A stretch of 64,000 nucleotides of DNA, from NCBI GenBank assembly GCA_008080735.1, contig SHMW01000006.1, forward strand, positions 28,588 through 92,587, read 5' to 3'. Shown piece after piece: positions 38,242 to 47,932 of the stretch. This DNA is from Promethearchaeota archaeon. Lineage in GTDB: Archaea > Asgardarchaeota > Lokiarchaeia > Sigyniarchaeales > SOKP01. The notes beneath the pieces were generated by a model, which saw nothing but the letters and a program-made list of their open reading frames with translations, made no database searches and was not told the DNA's origin. Position 1 is the first letter of the stretch. Each line of letters opens with the position of its first letter. Position numbers and translations under genes: made by a program.

Positions 38242-39387
38242 ATGAATGAAACCACTAAATTTACATTAGGTCTGATAGTCAATCCCATCTCTGGTATGGG
38301 TGGGAGCGTAGGACTGAAAGGAACGGATGGAAGGGATACGCTAACCAAGGCGATCTCCCTTGGTGCCGAGCCGAATGCGCTGAATAGAACAAAGGAAGTA
38401 TTAACCGAGTTAAGATCAGTTAAATCCAAGCTGAAATTTGTTACTTGCCCAAAATTTATGGGCGAAAACGCAATCAAAGAATTCGGATTCAATTATGAGA
38501 TTCTCGAGGATCCAATATTTAATGAATATGAAAGCATCTATGATACCACCGCAGAGCATACCAAAATAATGGCAGACAACTTAAAACAACGTTCCGATAT
38601 TGATCTGCTCCTATTTGTTGGAGGGGATGGCACCGCTCGAGACATTCAATCGATTATTGATAAGAAAAAACCGTGCTTAGGCATACCTGCCGGTGTAAAA
38701 ATTTATTCGAGCGTGTTTGCCGTGAATCCAAAAGTCGCCTCTAATTTAATTTTACGTTTCCTCTGGGGTGAGATTCCTCTAAAGGAGGCGGAGGTTTTGG
38801 ATATTGACGAGCAAAAATTTCGAGAGGGAAAACTAGTGTCTGAATTATATGGATACCTTATTGTCCCATATGCGCCAGATTATTCTCAAAGATCAAAGAT
38901 GGGAAGTCCGGACTCAGATTTGGATAATCAAGAGAGAATTGCTAAGAAAATAGTGGAAGAACTGGAGGAGGGAATTAATTATCTTATTGGTCCTGGAACA
39001 ACCACAAAAGCGATTACAGATATGTTAAATCAAGATAAATCGGTACTTGGCGTGGACCTTCTCCGAAACAAAAATATTATCACAATGGATTTAAATGAAT
39101 CAGATATTCTTAATTTCATCACCGAGAAATCCAGTAAAATTATCGTGTCTCCCATCGGACGGCAAGGATTTATTTTTGGGCGAGGCAATTTGCAACTCTC
39201 ACCGAAAGTGATCCGAAAAGTGGGGATAGAAAACATCATTATCATCTCAACCAAATATAAGCTTCAAAATATCCCAAATCAGACCTTGCGAATTGATACG
39301 AGAGACACGACCCTCGATGAGAAGATGAGGGGATTATATCGAGTGGTCGTAGATTACGATGAACTCCGTATTTGTGAAGTGAAATAA
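38242..39387 (+). CDS. ATP-NAD kinase family protein
   Basis: VNPISGMGG..GLKGTDG, GGDGTARD, GIPAGVK and GQGFIFGRGN-like motifs. Confidence 0.85.
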   Translation: MNETTKFTLGLIVNPISGMGGSVGLKGTDGRDTLTKAISLGAEPNALNRTKEVLTELRSVKSKLKFVTCPKFMGENAIKEFGFNYEILEDPIFNEYESIYDTTAEHTKIMADNLKQRSDIDLLLFVGGDGTARDIQSIIDKKKPCLGIPAGVKIYSSVFAVNPKVASNLILRFLWGEIPLKEAEVLDIDEQKFREGKLVSELYGYLIVPYAPDYSQRSKMGSPDSDLDNQERIAKKIVEELEEGINYLIGPGTTTKAITDMLNQDKSVLGVDLLRNKNIITMDLNESDILNFITEKSSKIIVSPIGRQGFIFGRGNLQLSPKVIRKVGIENIIIISTKYKLQNIPNQTLRIDTRDTTLDEKMRGLYRVVVDYDELRICEVK

Positions 39388-39453
39388 GGACTTTTTGGAA
39401 ATATCTATGGCTTTAGGCAAGAAAATGAATTTATTAAATTCAGCTTGATGAGA

Positions 39454-40005
39454 TTAGTAATATCTAATCAAATTCTGCAAAAACTCTCGAATCGCTTGAG
39501 TTTTTATCCCTAGCATGATCTGAAGCGTGACAAAGGAGACAAGAATTAAAATAAATCCAAGAGCCAAGATTTTAATCGCAGTATTTCTGTCATATACATA
39601 TTTTGAGGCTTGATAGAGAAGCAGATACCCTAAGCTCGAGAGAAAAATAACGATACTCGCGATGATACCTTCAATAATGAATTGGTAACTGATGTTAGGA
39701 TACAGAAAGATAGGCTCTCCGTCAGCATTTGCCCCAACCGCGGGGGGTTCCCTATAGATTATATACAGAATTCCTGTTTGGAGGACAAATAAGACGATAA
39801 AGATTAGAATCAATCCAAGATTTTTCGAAGGACTAGGCAGATCGATAGCTCGACGCGCTTTCAAGCTGGGAAACTTAATTTTTGGTTTTCGAAGCGATTC
39901 ACCAAATATCCACGGGGTTTTCGACTTCATTTTTTCGAGTACAGTTTCTGAGCCGCTAACTTCAGATTTTTTTCTCTTTTTGCTAGACTGCGATTTATTA
40001 CTCAT
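39454..40005 (-). CDS. DC2/OSTC-like (OST3/OST6 family) oligosaccharyltransferase subunit
   Basis: TGILYIIYREPPAVG...QFIIEGIIAS...LGY, 3 TM, no thioredoxin domain. Confidence 0.8.
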   Translation of the reverse strand: MSNKSQSSKKRKKSEVSGSETVLEKMKSKTPWIFGESLRKPKIKFPSLKARRAIDLPSPSKNLGLILIFIVLFVLQTGILYIIYREPPAVGANADGEPIFLYPNISYQFIIEGIIASIVIFLSSLGYLLLYQASKYVYDRNTAIKILALGFILILVSFVTLQIMLGIKTQAIREFLQNLIRYY

Positions 40006-40090
40006 ATTCGTGGTCCACTAAAATGATATTGAATTAAATAATTCACTTATAATTAAAAATTTAATTCTATTAAAAAGTATGTCAAAGAAT

Positions 40091-41590
40091 TTATCTAATA
40101 TTTTGCACAAGATCGATAAGAAGAGACCATATTTTTGCTACGCTATTAATTCTCAATTTCTCATCTGGCGAGTGCCCTCCCAGTACGGTCGGACCGAGCG
40201 AAATCATCTCGAGGTTTGGCGCTTTTTCTTTCATAATTCCCGTCTCCAACCCAGCATGAATCGTCTGAACGTTCGGCTCCTCTTTAAAGAGATTTAGATA
40301 GCTATTTTTAGCGATCTTGAGAAGTTCAGAGTCAAAATTTGGTTGCCATCCCGGATATCCTCCTTTATGTGTGATTTCCAAGTCCAAGTCTGCCAATTCG
40401 AATAATGCGATTATTTTTTCTTGAATAATGGTTTTGGAGATCTCATGAAGGCTTCTCTGACTCGTTATAATGGTTAATATATCCGAGTCCATTCGAATTG
40501 ACGCAAGATTCGTGGAAGTATAGACTAAATCCCTATTCTTGGAATGATACGAGATGGGACCATTCGGCATAACATAAAGCAAGTGGAGCAATTTATCTGT
40601 AATTTTCTGGCTAAATATTTTCTGCTTTTGCATATCTTCCACCTCACTAAATTCGATGTTCATATTAGGTTCCACTTTTGAAATACCCAGTTCTATTTCG
40701 GTCTTGGTCTGCTCCAATAAGGAGAATACGTTATCCACGGAATTCTCTTCGACATAAAATAATGCCTCCGCTTCCCTTGGGATCGCATTTGGGAGATTCC
40801 CTCCGGTTAAGGAAGTTAAGTAAATATGATATTGATCATTACCTTTCCACAATATCTTTGAAATTATTTTGATTGCATTGGCCCGCCCTTTATTAATATC
40901 TACTCCAGAATGTCCTCCTTTTAGACCGGATATTGCTAAACGAATTGGGCGGAGCCTTCTAGAATCCTCATTGATTTTTTGATAAGATAAACGAATTAAT
41001 CCCGTCGTATTAATCCCGCCCGCGCATCCGATTGTAAATGTATCATCTTCTTCTGAATCAAGATTTAAAAGATAATCACCCCTAAGAAAGGTGGGATCAA
41101 TGTTAAAAGCGCCAGTCAACCCTTTTTCCTCCTCCACAGTGAAAAGTACTTTTATAATTGGTTTTTGAATGGTTAGGTCATTATTGAATAGGGCTTCTAA
41201 GAGTGCCAGGGAAAAGGCAATTCCTACCCCATTATCCGCCCCTAAGGTCGTTCCTTTAGCAGTGAGCCATTTCTCTCCTCTATACTCGATAATTTCAAGG
41301 TTTAAAGGATCCTTTTGAAAATTATGTGAAATAGCCTTATTTTTCTCACATACCATATCCATATGACTCTGAAGGATTACAATTTTGTTGATCTTCTGGT
41401 CATCTAAGTTTGGAAATGCTATCAGATTTCCCACATCATCTATTTGTGTATGATATCCTAATCGTTCGCATTGCTCCTTTATAAAAGCTCGAATGTGTTC
41501 TTCATTCCCGGAGCATCGTGGAATTTCTGAGATCGCTTGAAAATATTTCCAGAAATGCTCTGGTTTTGAAAGCTCTTCTAAATCGTTCAT
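40091..41590 (-). CDS. pepD: Aminoacyl-histidine dipeptidase (M20C)
   Basis: QSHMDMVCEK, TTLGADNG, EEEKG, NLDSEE, GGHSG and IHAGLE motifs. Confidence 0.93.
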   Translation of the reverse strand: MNDLEELSKPEHFWKYFQAISEIPRCSGNEEHIRAFIKEQCERLGYHTQIDDVGNLIAFPNLDDQKINKIVILQSHMDMVCEKNKAISHNFQKDPLNLEIIEYRGEKWLTAKGTTLGADNGVGIAFSLALLEALFNNDLTIQKPIIKVLFTVEEEKGLTGAFNIDPTFLRGDYLLNLDSEEDDTFTIGCAGGINTTGLIRLSYQKINEDSRRLRPIRLAISGLKGGHSGVDINKGRANAIKIISKILWKGNDQYHIYLTSLTGGNLPNAIPREAEALFYVEENSVDNVFSLLEQTKTEIELGISKVEPNMNIEFSEVEDMQKQKIFSQKITDKLLHLLYVMPNGPISYHSKNRDLVYTSTNLASIRMDSDILTIITSQRSLHEISKTIIQEKIIALFELADLDLEITHKGGYPGWQPNFDSELLKIAKNSYLNLFKEEPNVQTIHAGLETGIMKEKAPNLEMISLGPTVLGGHSPDEKLRINSVAKIWSLLIDLVQNIR

Positions 41591-41702
41591 AAATGTTTTC
41601 TGCTCTATAAATATTTATAGTCAAATTTTTTTATACTTAATAATAAGCTGAATTCTATTTAATTTTAATTTGAATATATTTTAAGGGGCTTGGAAAACTA
41701 AA

Positions 41703-42857
41703 ATGGGAGATTGGAAAGACCTTTACAGTGAAGTAAGAAAACGTAAAATGGAAGCACTCAACAAAAAGGATGTCGTGAAAGCAGTTGAGAAACATGGAAA
41801 GATTCTGGCAATTGAGGGTGAATATGAGAAACCAGATAAAGTCTTAGAGCACATGTATGCCGCGGAAAAAGAATTTATCAAACGCAAACATATAGATAAA
41901 AAAATCAGAAAGCTCGACTTTAATCACTTCGATCTCGTCTTAATTGGATGTAGTGGCAGGAAAATCCCCGCTGCTGTCTTTTCGAAAATAAAGGATTATG
42001 TCGCAAACGGAGGCTGGCTGCTTACAACTGATTGGGCCATCGAAAGTATTGTAGAAGCTATCTTTCCGGGTTATATTCGCTGGAATAGAGAGAAGACGGA
42101 TGATGCGGTAGTTTCTTGCCAAATTATAGAGCAAAATCACCCTTTTTTAGATGGACTCTCAGGCGAGCTGGAACAAAGTAAATGGGTCTCCAAAAACTCA
42201 AAAAAAGATGAATTTCGATGGTGGCTTGAAAATAAAAGCTTTCCCATTCAAGTAGTAAATTACGATGCGGTAAAAGTTCTCCTTAACTCATGGGAAATAA
42301 AAAAAAAATGGGGAGAGGGTCCAGTGTTAGTGTATTTTGATTATGGCAAACGAGGTGGACGTGTGATCCATATGATCTCTCATACACATCTCCAAAAAGG
42401 AGGCAAAAAAGGAAAGTATGCCTCCGCTATGATTCTTACTAATATCTTAGATGAGAAGGTCTCCCAAAAAATGGGAATACAGAAAAGTTCGGGGTATACT
42501 AGCAATTGGGAATCCCCGCAGACCAGTAGTCCTCAATATAGAACAAATCAAACACCGTTAGAAGAGCAATGGGTGCAACCACAATCGCAAGATAATTATA
42601 TCACCCCCTCTAACGTGAAGACGGGCGGGGGAGGTGAAATGGGTCTCACCACAACTTCTCAGATCGTTGAAGTGAACCCGCAAGATCCTAATTTTTCCTA
42701 CGGAAGTAAATGCGCGGTCTGTGGCTATGACTTCGGTGAATACACCAATAAGATTTATAGGTGCAAAGAATGTGGTGCCCCATATCATGAAAATTGTCTT
42801 AATCAGCAAATAAATAAAGGTACATGCAAAAACTGCGGGAGGATCCTCCTCTGGTGA
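41703..42857 (+). CDS. GATase-like/DUF4159-like domain + low-complexity linker + C-terminal C4HC3 (RING-variant/PHD-like) finger
   Basis: IKDYVANGGWLLTTDWA region; C-x2-C-x13-C-x2-C-x4-H-x2-C-x9-C-x2-C at the C-terminus. Confidence 0.65.
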   Translation: MGDWKDLYSEVRKRKMEALNKKDVVKAVEKHGKILAIEGEYEKPDKVLEHMYAAEKEFIKRKHIDKKIRKLDFNHFDLVLIGCSGRKIPAAVFSKIKDYVANGGWLLTTDWAIESIVEAIFPGYIRWNREKTDDAVVSCQIIEQNHPFLDGLSGELEQSKWVSKNSKKDEFRWWLENKSFPIQVVNYDAVKVLLNSWEIKKKWGEGPVLVYFDYGKRGGRVIHMISHTHLQKGGKKGKYASAMILTNILDEKVSQKMGIQKSSGYTSNWESPQTSSPQYRTNQTPLEEQWVQPQSQDNYITPSNVKTGGGGEMGLTTTSQIVEVNPQDPNFSYGSKCAVCGYDFGEYTNKIYRCKECGAPYHENCLNQQINKGTCKNCGRILLW

Positions 42858-42882
42858 GAAAAGAAACTCTTTTATGGCTATC

Positions 42883-42920
42883 ACTTTTCAAAATAATTTT
42901 AGTTACCTAGTTTGAAAAGT
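42883..42920. terminator. Possible terminator hairpin (ACTTTTCAAA / TTTGAAAAGT)
   Basis: 10-bp perfect inverted repeat starting 26 nt after the stop of 41703..42857. Confidence 0.35.
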
Positions 42921-43001
42921 CTTAATTAAAGCAGAAAGCTCTTTTTACCCCCATACTTTTATTTATGTACTAAGCACTATTTAATTAGGCTGACGAGTAA
43001 T

Positions 43002-44291
43002 ATGGTCGATTTAGAGCAAATATATGATGAAGTTGATAATTTAGATCCTGATACCATTTTAAAGGTTTTAAATGATTTGATTTCCGTTAAAACCGTTATT
43101 CCTCCCGCAGATAATTATCGGGAGTATGTAGATATGATTACACCATATTTTGAGGAATTAGGCTTTGAAAATAAAGAGATCGTCCAACCTGGAGAGCTTA
43201 TCGAAGAAATTCCCTATCCCTTAAACGGACCGCGGATTAATCTAGTGTCAGAAAAGGATTTTGACAAGGATAAGTGGGTAACTTTCTACGGACATATGGA
43301 TGTAGTGCCCGCTCCAACAGAGGAGGAGCGAGAATGGAGATTTGATCCATTTAAAGCTACGATAATCAAGAGTGGTAAAATCTATGGACGCGGTGTGGCA
43401 GATATGAAAGGTTCGATGGCGTGTGTAATCCTTGCTCTGAGAGTCATGGAAAAACTAAATCTCACCCCGAATTACAATCTCAATGTGGTGAATTGTACTG
43501 ATGAAGAGATCGGCATTTATCCAGGTGTTCGATACCTCGCGGAAGAGGGGTACGTCAAGGGTATAATATATTGTATGGAGGGGGTCATTGATCCGATCAT
43601 TGTCGTTGGGTGCGCGGGCGCGCTTAATGTCGACGTAGAGACTGTCGGACGTAGCTGCCATTCCGGCATGAATTTTATGGGAGTCAACGCTCTGGAAGAG
43701 ATGGTACCGATTTTGGTTGAACTGATGAAACTTAAAAAGGTGGTCGAGGAGCGCGAAAGCGATGATATTCCTGGGCTGCCACGCTTCGGATCTGGAGAAG
43801 ATCGCAATATGACTCCGATGTTCAATCTTGATGTGATTAGAGCAGGAGAGAAGCCGAATATTGTCCCAGGTACTTGTACACTCACGATCAACAGACGCCT
43901 TATCCCCGAAGAAAATATCGAAGATGTCAAACAAGAAATCTTGGACGCGATCAATGCGGGAAAAGAACGAAGTAAAGCATTGGACGTGAAAATCACCTTT
44001 AAATATGATTATCCCGCCGTCAGAATGGATCCAAACGCTCCCGGTGTAAAACGAATGAAAAAAGTGATCGAGACGGTTCAAAATATTTCAGAAGAAAAGA
44101 TGAGAATGATTGGAATGGGAGGAAGCACTGATATGGGATTTGTATCCGAAATTTTAGGGACTAATGATATTATCTTTCGAGGAGTAGGAAATGTCGGCTC
44201 GAATGCACACGGAGTTAATGAAACCATCAAACTCAAAGATATCCGCACCTTTATCAAAGAATTAATCGTCTTTCTCTGCGCTGATCTTTAA
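43002..44291 (+). CDS. M20 family metallopeptidase (ArgE/DapE-like)
   Basis: GHMDVVP, YGRGVADMKG, DEEIG, GRSCH and NAHGVNE motifs. Confidence 0.92.
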   Translation: MVDLEQIYDEVDNLDPDTILKVLNDLISVKTVIPPADNYREYVDMITPYFEELGFENKEIVQPGELIEEIPYPLNGPRINLVSEKDFDKDKWVTFYGHMDVVPAPTEEEREWRFDPFKATIIKSGKIYGRGVADMKGSMACVILALRVMEKLNLTPNYNLNVVNCTDEEIGIYPGVRYLAEEGYVKGIIYCMEGVIDPIIVVGCAGALNVDVETVGRSCHSGMNFMGVNALEEMVPILVELMKLKKVVEERESDDIPGLPRFGSGEDRNMTPMFNLDVIRAGEKPNIVPGTCTLTINRRLIPEENIEDVKQEILDAINAGKERSKALDVKITFKYDYPAVRMDPNAPGVKRMKKVIETVQNISEEKMRMIGMGGSTDMGFVSEILGTNDIIFRGVGNVGSNAHGVNETIKLKDIRTFIKELIVFLCADL

Positions 44292-44872
44292 ATACCATTC
44301 TCTGTTCTCTCCTTTTTTTTACTTTTTAGAATAAGACTTATTTATAAAACTTAAGATTTGCAAATTGTTTAATATTTCTGAATATCATTCTAATTTTATT
44401 AAATTATTCTTATTCCTTTCTGAACACTTTATCGAAAAAATGAATAAAGAATGAACGCTATTTAATAAAGCAAACATTTAAATAATTAGAATTTTAACTA
44501 TATAATGGGTTTCCATACCCAATTGGAAATCTTTTATTATGTAAATGTATAAAAGGTGATGAAAAAAACAGGATAAAAAGTAGGTTGGATTAATTTCTAC
44601 CCAGGAAGATTAATCAACACTTTTTATTTTTTACTTATTTTATTAAATTCACTATTATTTAAAATTTTTTTTCTTTTCTCCTAAAAACTTCCTTATACTA
44701 AACTCCTTTTCCCATTTCTTACCCATCATGCTTTAATCCACAAATTAAATTTGATGATATGGAATGATATATCTGCAATTTTACATCTATTTTGGGGTTC
44801 TTGGTTCTTAGAGAATGCTAATGCGAAACCTTTTTATCGATGGGATCTGTTAGATCTATTAGGGTGAGAATT

Positions 44873-45082
44873 ATGACTGACTTAAGTTATGAAGAAAAGT
44901 TTATTCTGGAAAAATTGAAAGAAAATGGTGGTAATTTGGGTTACAAGCAATTACAAGAATTATGCGCTAATGAATTTGAAGGGGTACGCTTAGTCTTGAA
45001 GAAGATGAAAGAAAAAGGGCTTGTGGAGTTTGATGGGATGATCCCGGGATTTTCGGCTGATATTACACTTACAATACAATAA
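44873..45082 (+). CDS. Small winged-helix protein
   Basis: ATG 44873 with a GGTGA SD; LSYEEKFILEKL...VLKKMKEKGLV pattern. Confidence 0.7.
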   Translation: MTDLSYEEKFILEKLKENGGNLGYKQLQELCANEFEGVRLVLKKMKEKGLVEFDGMIPGFSADITLTIQ

Positions 45083-45236
45083 TTGTTTAAATTCAAAACC
45101 ATAATCTTCCCATATTCCTCCCATACCAGCTTTTTTTAATTAAGAATACATAATAAAGGCTATTTCCTACACGAGAATGATATATATTTCATCTCCTATT
45201 TAAATTTATTATGATAATACAATTTTTATCCCAAAA

Positions 45237-45717
45237 ATGAACGAGTTAGCTAATAAAGTTAAAAAAATTTTCCAAGACAATATGTAGCTGGTGATCAGCA
45301 CTGGCGATGAACATACCAGACCCCACAGCTCTGTGGTCGTATATCAGAGTGATGGAGAAGATCTTTATATTCAAACGGGAGCAAGGACCTTGAAAGCTAG
45401 AAATATTACGTAAAACAAGAAGGTCGCGATTATGATTCCTTTCAGAAAAAACTTTTTTCATAAACTTTTTCCCACCCCTCCTGCTGAAGTCCATTTCACC
45501 GCGACAGCTCAAATTATCTCGAAAGAGGATGAAAAGGCACGAAAAATTCTCAAGAAATTTATTAAAGCAGCAGAAAACGTGCAAAATGAGGATGAGAAGA
45601 TTTGGATTAAAATTACACCATCTAAAACGATCTCAACCTATGGGGTAGGGGGTTTCTCTCCTCTCTATGAGAAAACCAGATAAAGTGAGAAACATAATCT
45701 TTCTTGATGAGAAATAA
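45237..45717 (+). pseudogene. Pyridoxamine 5'-phosphate oxidase-like (split-barrel flavin-binding) pseudogene
   Basis: Reads MNELANK...DNM*LVIST...RPH...T...TLKARNIT*NKKVA..., with in-frame TAG (45285-87), TAA (45411-13) and a likely frameshift in the G-run near 45650. Confidence 0.75.
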
Positions 45718-46091
45718 TCTTCCGATATACGAGGTTATTTTGATTCTCTTGCTTCCAAATACATCAACTCGAGATTATGTACCGAATCTTTAAGCTCTTT
45801 TATTTTTTTTAGTCTTTCCTCTTACATTGATATTGAGTTGCTTAACCTCCTTTATCAAATTTGCAATCGTTGCATTTTTCTCTTGAATAAGTCCTTCTAA
45901 GTCCTCATTATTTTGTTGGAGTTTTTGGATTACCAAATTTTTTTTTGAGATGTTATACCCATCAAGGACGCAAGAGAGTAGCCTAAATCATGGAAAAAAA
46001 ATAAAAAAAAGATGAAAATGAAAAAGGTTTAATCTTATTAAGCAAATGGTCTGATATGTTTTATTGAAGTAATTTATTAGAAATATCTTAT

Positions 46092-46289
46092 CTAAACTTC
46101 TTCGATAATGATACATTCTTCGGGGCATTGAGTCTCGCACGCCCGACAGCCTACACAATCTTCTCGATTATCCTCAATAATGACTACCTTTCCTCCTTCA
46201 GGTTCGTCAAAACATTCACTAGGACAGACTTCATAACAAGTCCCGCAACCTGTACACGCATCCATATCAATTTCAATTTCAAATGACAA
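46092..46289 (-). CDS. 2x[4Fe-4S] ferredoxin
   Basis: CTGCGTCYEVCP and CVGCRACETQCP motifs. Confidence 0.93.
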   Translation of the reverse strand: MSFEIEIDMDACTGCGTCYEVCPSECFDEPEGGKVVIIEDNREDCVGCRACETQCPEECIIIEEV

Positions 46290-46623
46290 TTTTGTAATTC
46301 ACCAAAAACTTTTTTTTCTAATTATATAATATTTTTTCTAATTATATAAAAAATAAAAACTTCGTGATTAACTGGAAAATTAAAAATAGAGCTTTTCACT
46401 TCGGGTAATAATCCAAACATTTAATAGCAAAAAAAAACCTCTTTCGCGCACGATAGAGCGTATGAAAGTATGCAAGAGTTATAATACACAGATTAAAATT
46501 ACAAATTAGGTTTTACTAATTATAAAAAAGACTCAAGTAACACCAAGCTGCTTAACGATGAAAAAGATGTAAATACCAAATATCAGAATTAAAAGACATT
46601 GTATAATACTTCCAGAGTTTAAT

Positions 46624-47751
46624 ATGATATCTTTGAAGAAAATTTGGACATATAAGGTTTCCAGTCCTATATTAGAGTTGTTATGCCAAGATATAAATGG
46701 AGATGGTAAGACTGAAATTATAGCCTTTAATCAAGAAGGAGATATCATTATCTTAAATGCAGAAGGTACATTACTCTTCAGCGATGATATAACAAACAAA
46801 TCTGCAATCTATGCTACTAAAATAGGGAATATTAATTCAGATGGACATTTGGAGCTGATTGTCGGCGCGATGGATGGGCTTCTACGGGTATTCCGATTCC
46901 GACCAGATTTAACCTTAGAAGCCTTATGGGCGCATTCATTTGGGGCAAACATCAACGGACTAATTTTGGATGATATTACTGGGGATTCGCAAACAGATTT
47001 GCTAGCCTACTCATTAGATAACTCTTTGCGTGTGTTAAACAGTAAAACAGGAGATTTAATTTGGGGTCAGATGTTTGAGGAAGGGATTGGAGATGCCATC
47101 ATTATGAAAGATTTCGAATCACCTCACAAAAAGCAGGTGGCTGCGTGTGGGAATGATGGAACCCTCAGGATTTTTGACGGATGTAATGGGAAATTGCGCT
47201 GGTTTAAACGATATCCTAATAAACTACGTAGTTTAGCCGAGATCCGTGTTGCGAATACATCTCTGTTGATTTGTGGTGGGGATGATAAAAAGTTATATTA
47301 TATCGATAAGAAATATCAAGAGCAAGTGGCGCAATTATCTTTTTCTGATTATATATGGAACATACAACATCTCTCCAATCTTTCTACTTCCAACCTTCTG
47401 GTTTATACTTATTCCTTTGCGTTTCTATACCAAATTCCTTCTAAAGAATCAGTAGCATTTACTTCGCAACTTCTTTTTTTTAATCAGAACAGCCAATCTA
47501 CGTGGCAGATCAAAGGTATTAACCTAGAATGTGTCGACACATTTATGAAAGATGAAAACAGTTATATTCTATTAGGTACGACTACGGGTAAAATGCTAAT
47601 AATCGAAGAAACTTCCGGCATTATCATATGCGGTATTAAATGCTCATCCTCAATAAATTGTGTAGAATTCCTTTCTGGGGTTAATCTTGTACTTTCGGGA
47701 AATGATAACGGAGAGATCAATGCCTATGAGTTCAAAAATGGAAGAACTTAA
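46624..47751 (+). CDS. FG-GAP/WD40-like beta-propeller protein
   Basis: Repeated DxNGDGxxE(I/L)(I/V)xxxxDxxLR blades; no signal peptide. Confidence 0.8.
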   Translation: MISLKKIWTYKVSSPILELLCQDINGDGKTEIIAFNQEGDIIILNAEGTLLFSDDITNKSAIYATKIGNINSDGHLELIVGAMDGLLRVFRFRPDLTLEALWAHSFGANINGLILDDITGDSQTDLLAYSLDNSLRVLNSKTGDLIWGQMFEEGIGDAIIMKDFESPHKKQVAACGNDGTLRIFDGCNGKLRWFKRYPNKLRSLAEIRVANTSLLICGGDDKKLYYIDKKYQEQVAQLSFSDYIWNIQHLSNLSTSNLLVYTYSFAFLYQIPSKESVAFTSQLLFFNQNSQSTWQIKGINLECVDTFMKDENSYILLGTTTGKMLIIEETSGIIICGIKCSSSINCVEFLSGVNLVLSGNDNGEINAYEFKNGRT

Positions 47752-47932
47752 TAGACCGAAATTTCAGTCTCTTTTCCTAATATAATAATCATTATCTCTA
47801 TAACAATCAATTCAAAAATCTCTTTCTCATAATTCTGAAATATGAGAGAAATGAGGACCACGACCGAAATACCTACGAATATCATCAATACGATGATATT
47901 GCCGAAAAAAGGCTCCTTTTGAATACTCGATA

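Noticed and set aside
43455-44081. Long antisense ORFs (208 and 159 aa) inside the M20 peptidase gene
   Set aside because: No motifs; explained by codon bias of the sense gene. The same applies to the other short nested or antisense ORFs in the track.
44509-44531. GTTTCCATACCCAATTGGAAATC, resembling a CRISPR repeat
   Set aside because: Single copy, no spacers, no cas genes.
45285-45287. In-frame TAG as possible pyrrolysine recoding
   Set aside because: The same gene also has a TAA and a frameshift, which indicates pseudogenisation.
47748-47885. 45-codon hydrophobic minus-strand ORF (MIFVGISVVVLISLIF...)
   Set aside because: No SD or recognisable family; hydrophobic ORFs arise easily in AT-rich DNA. 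It could be a remnant but is unsupported.
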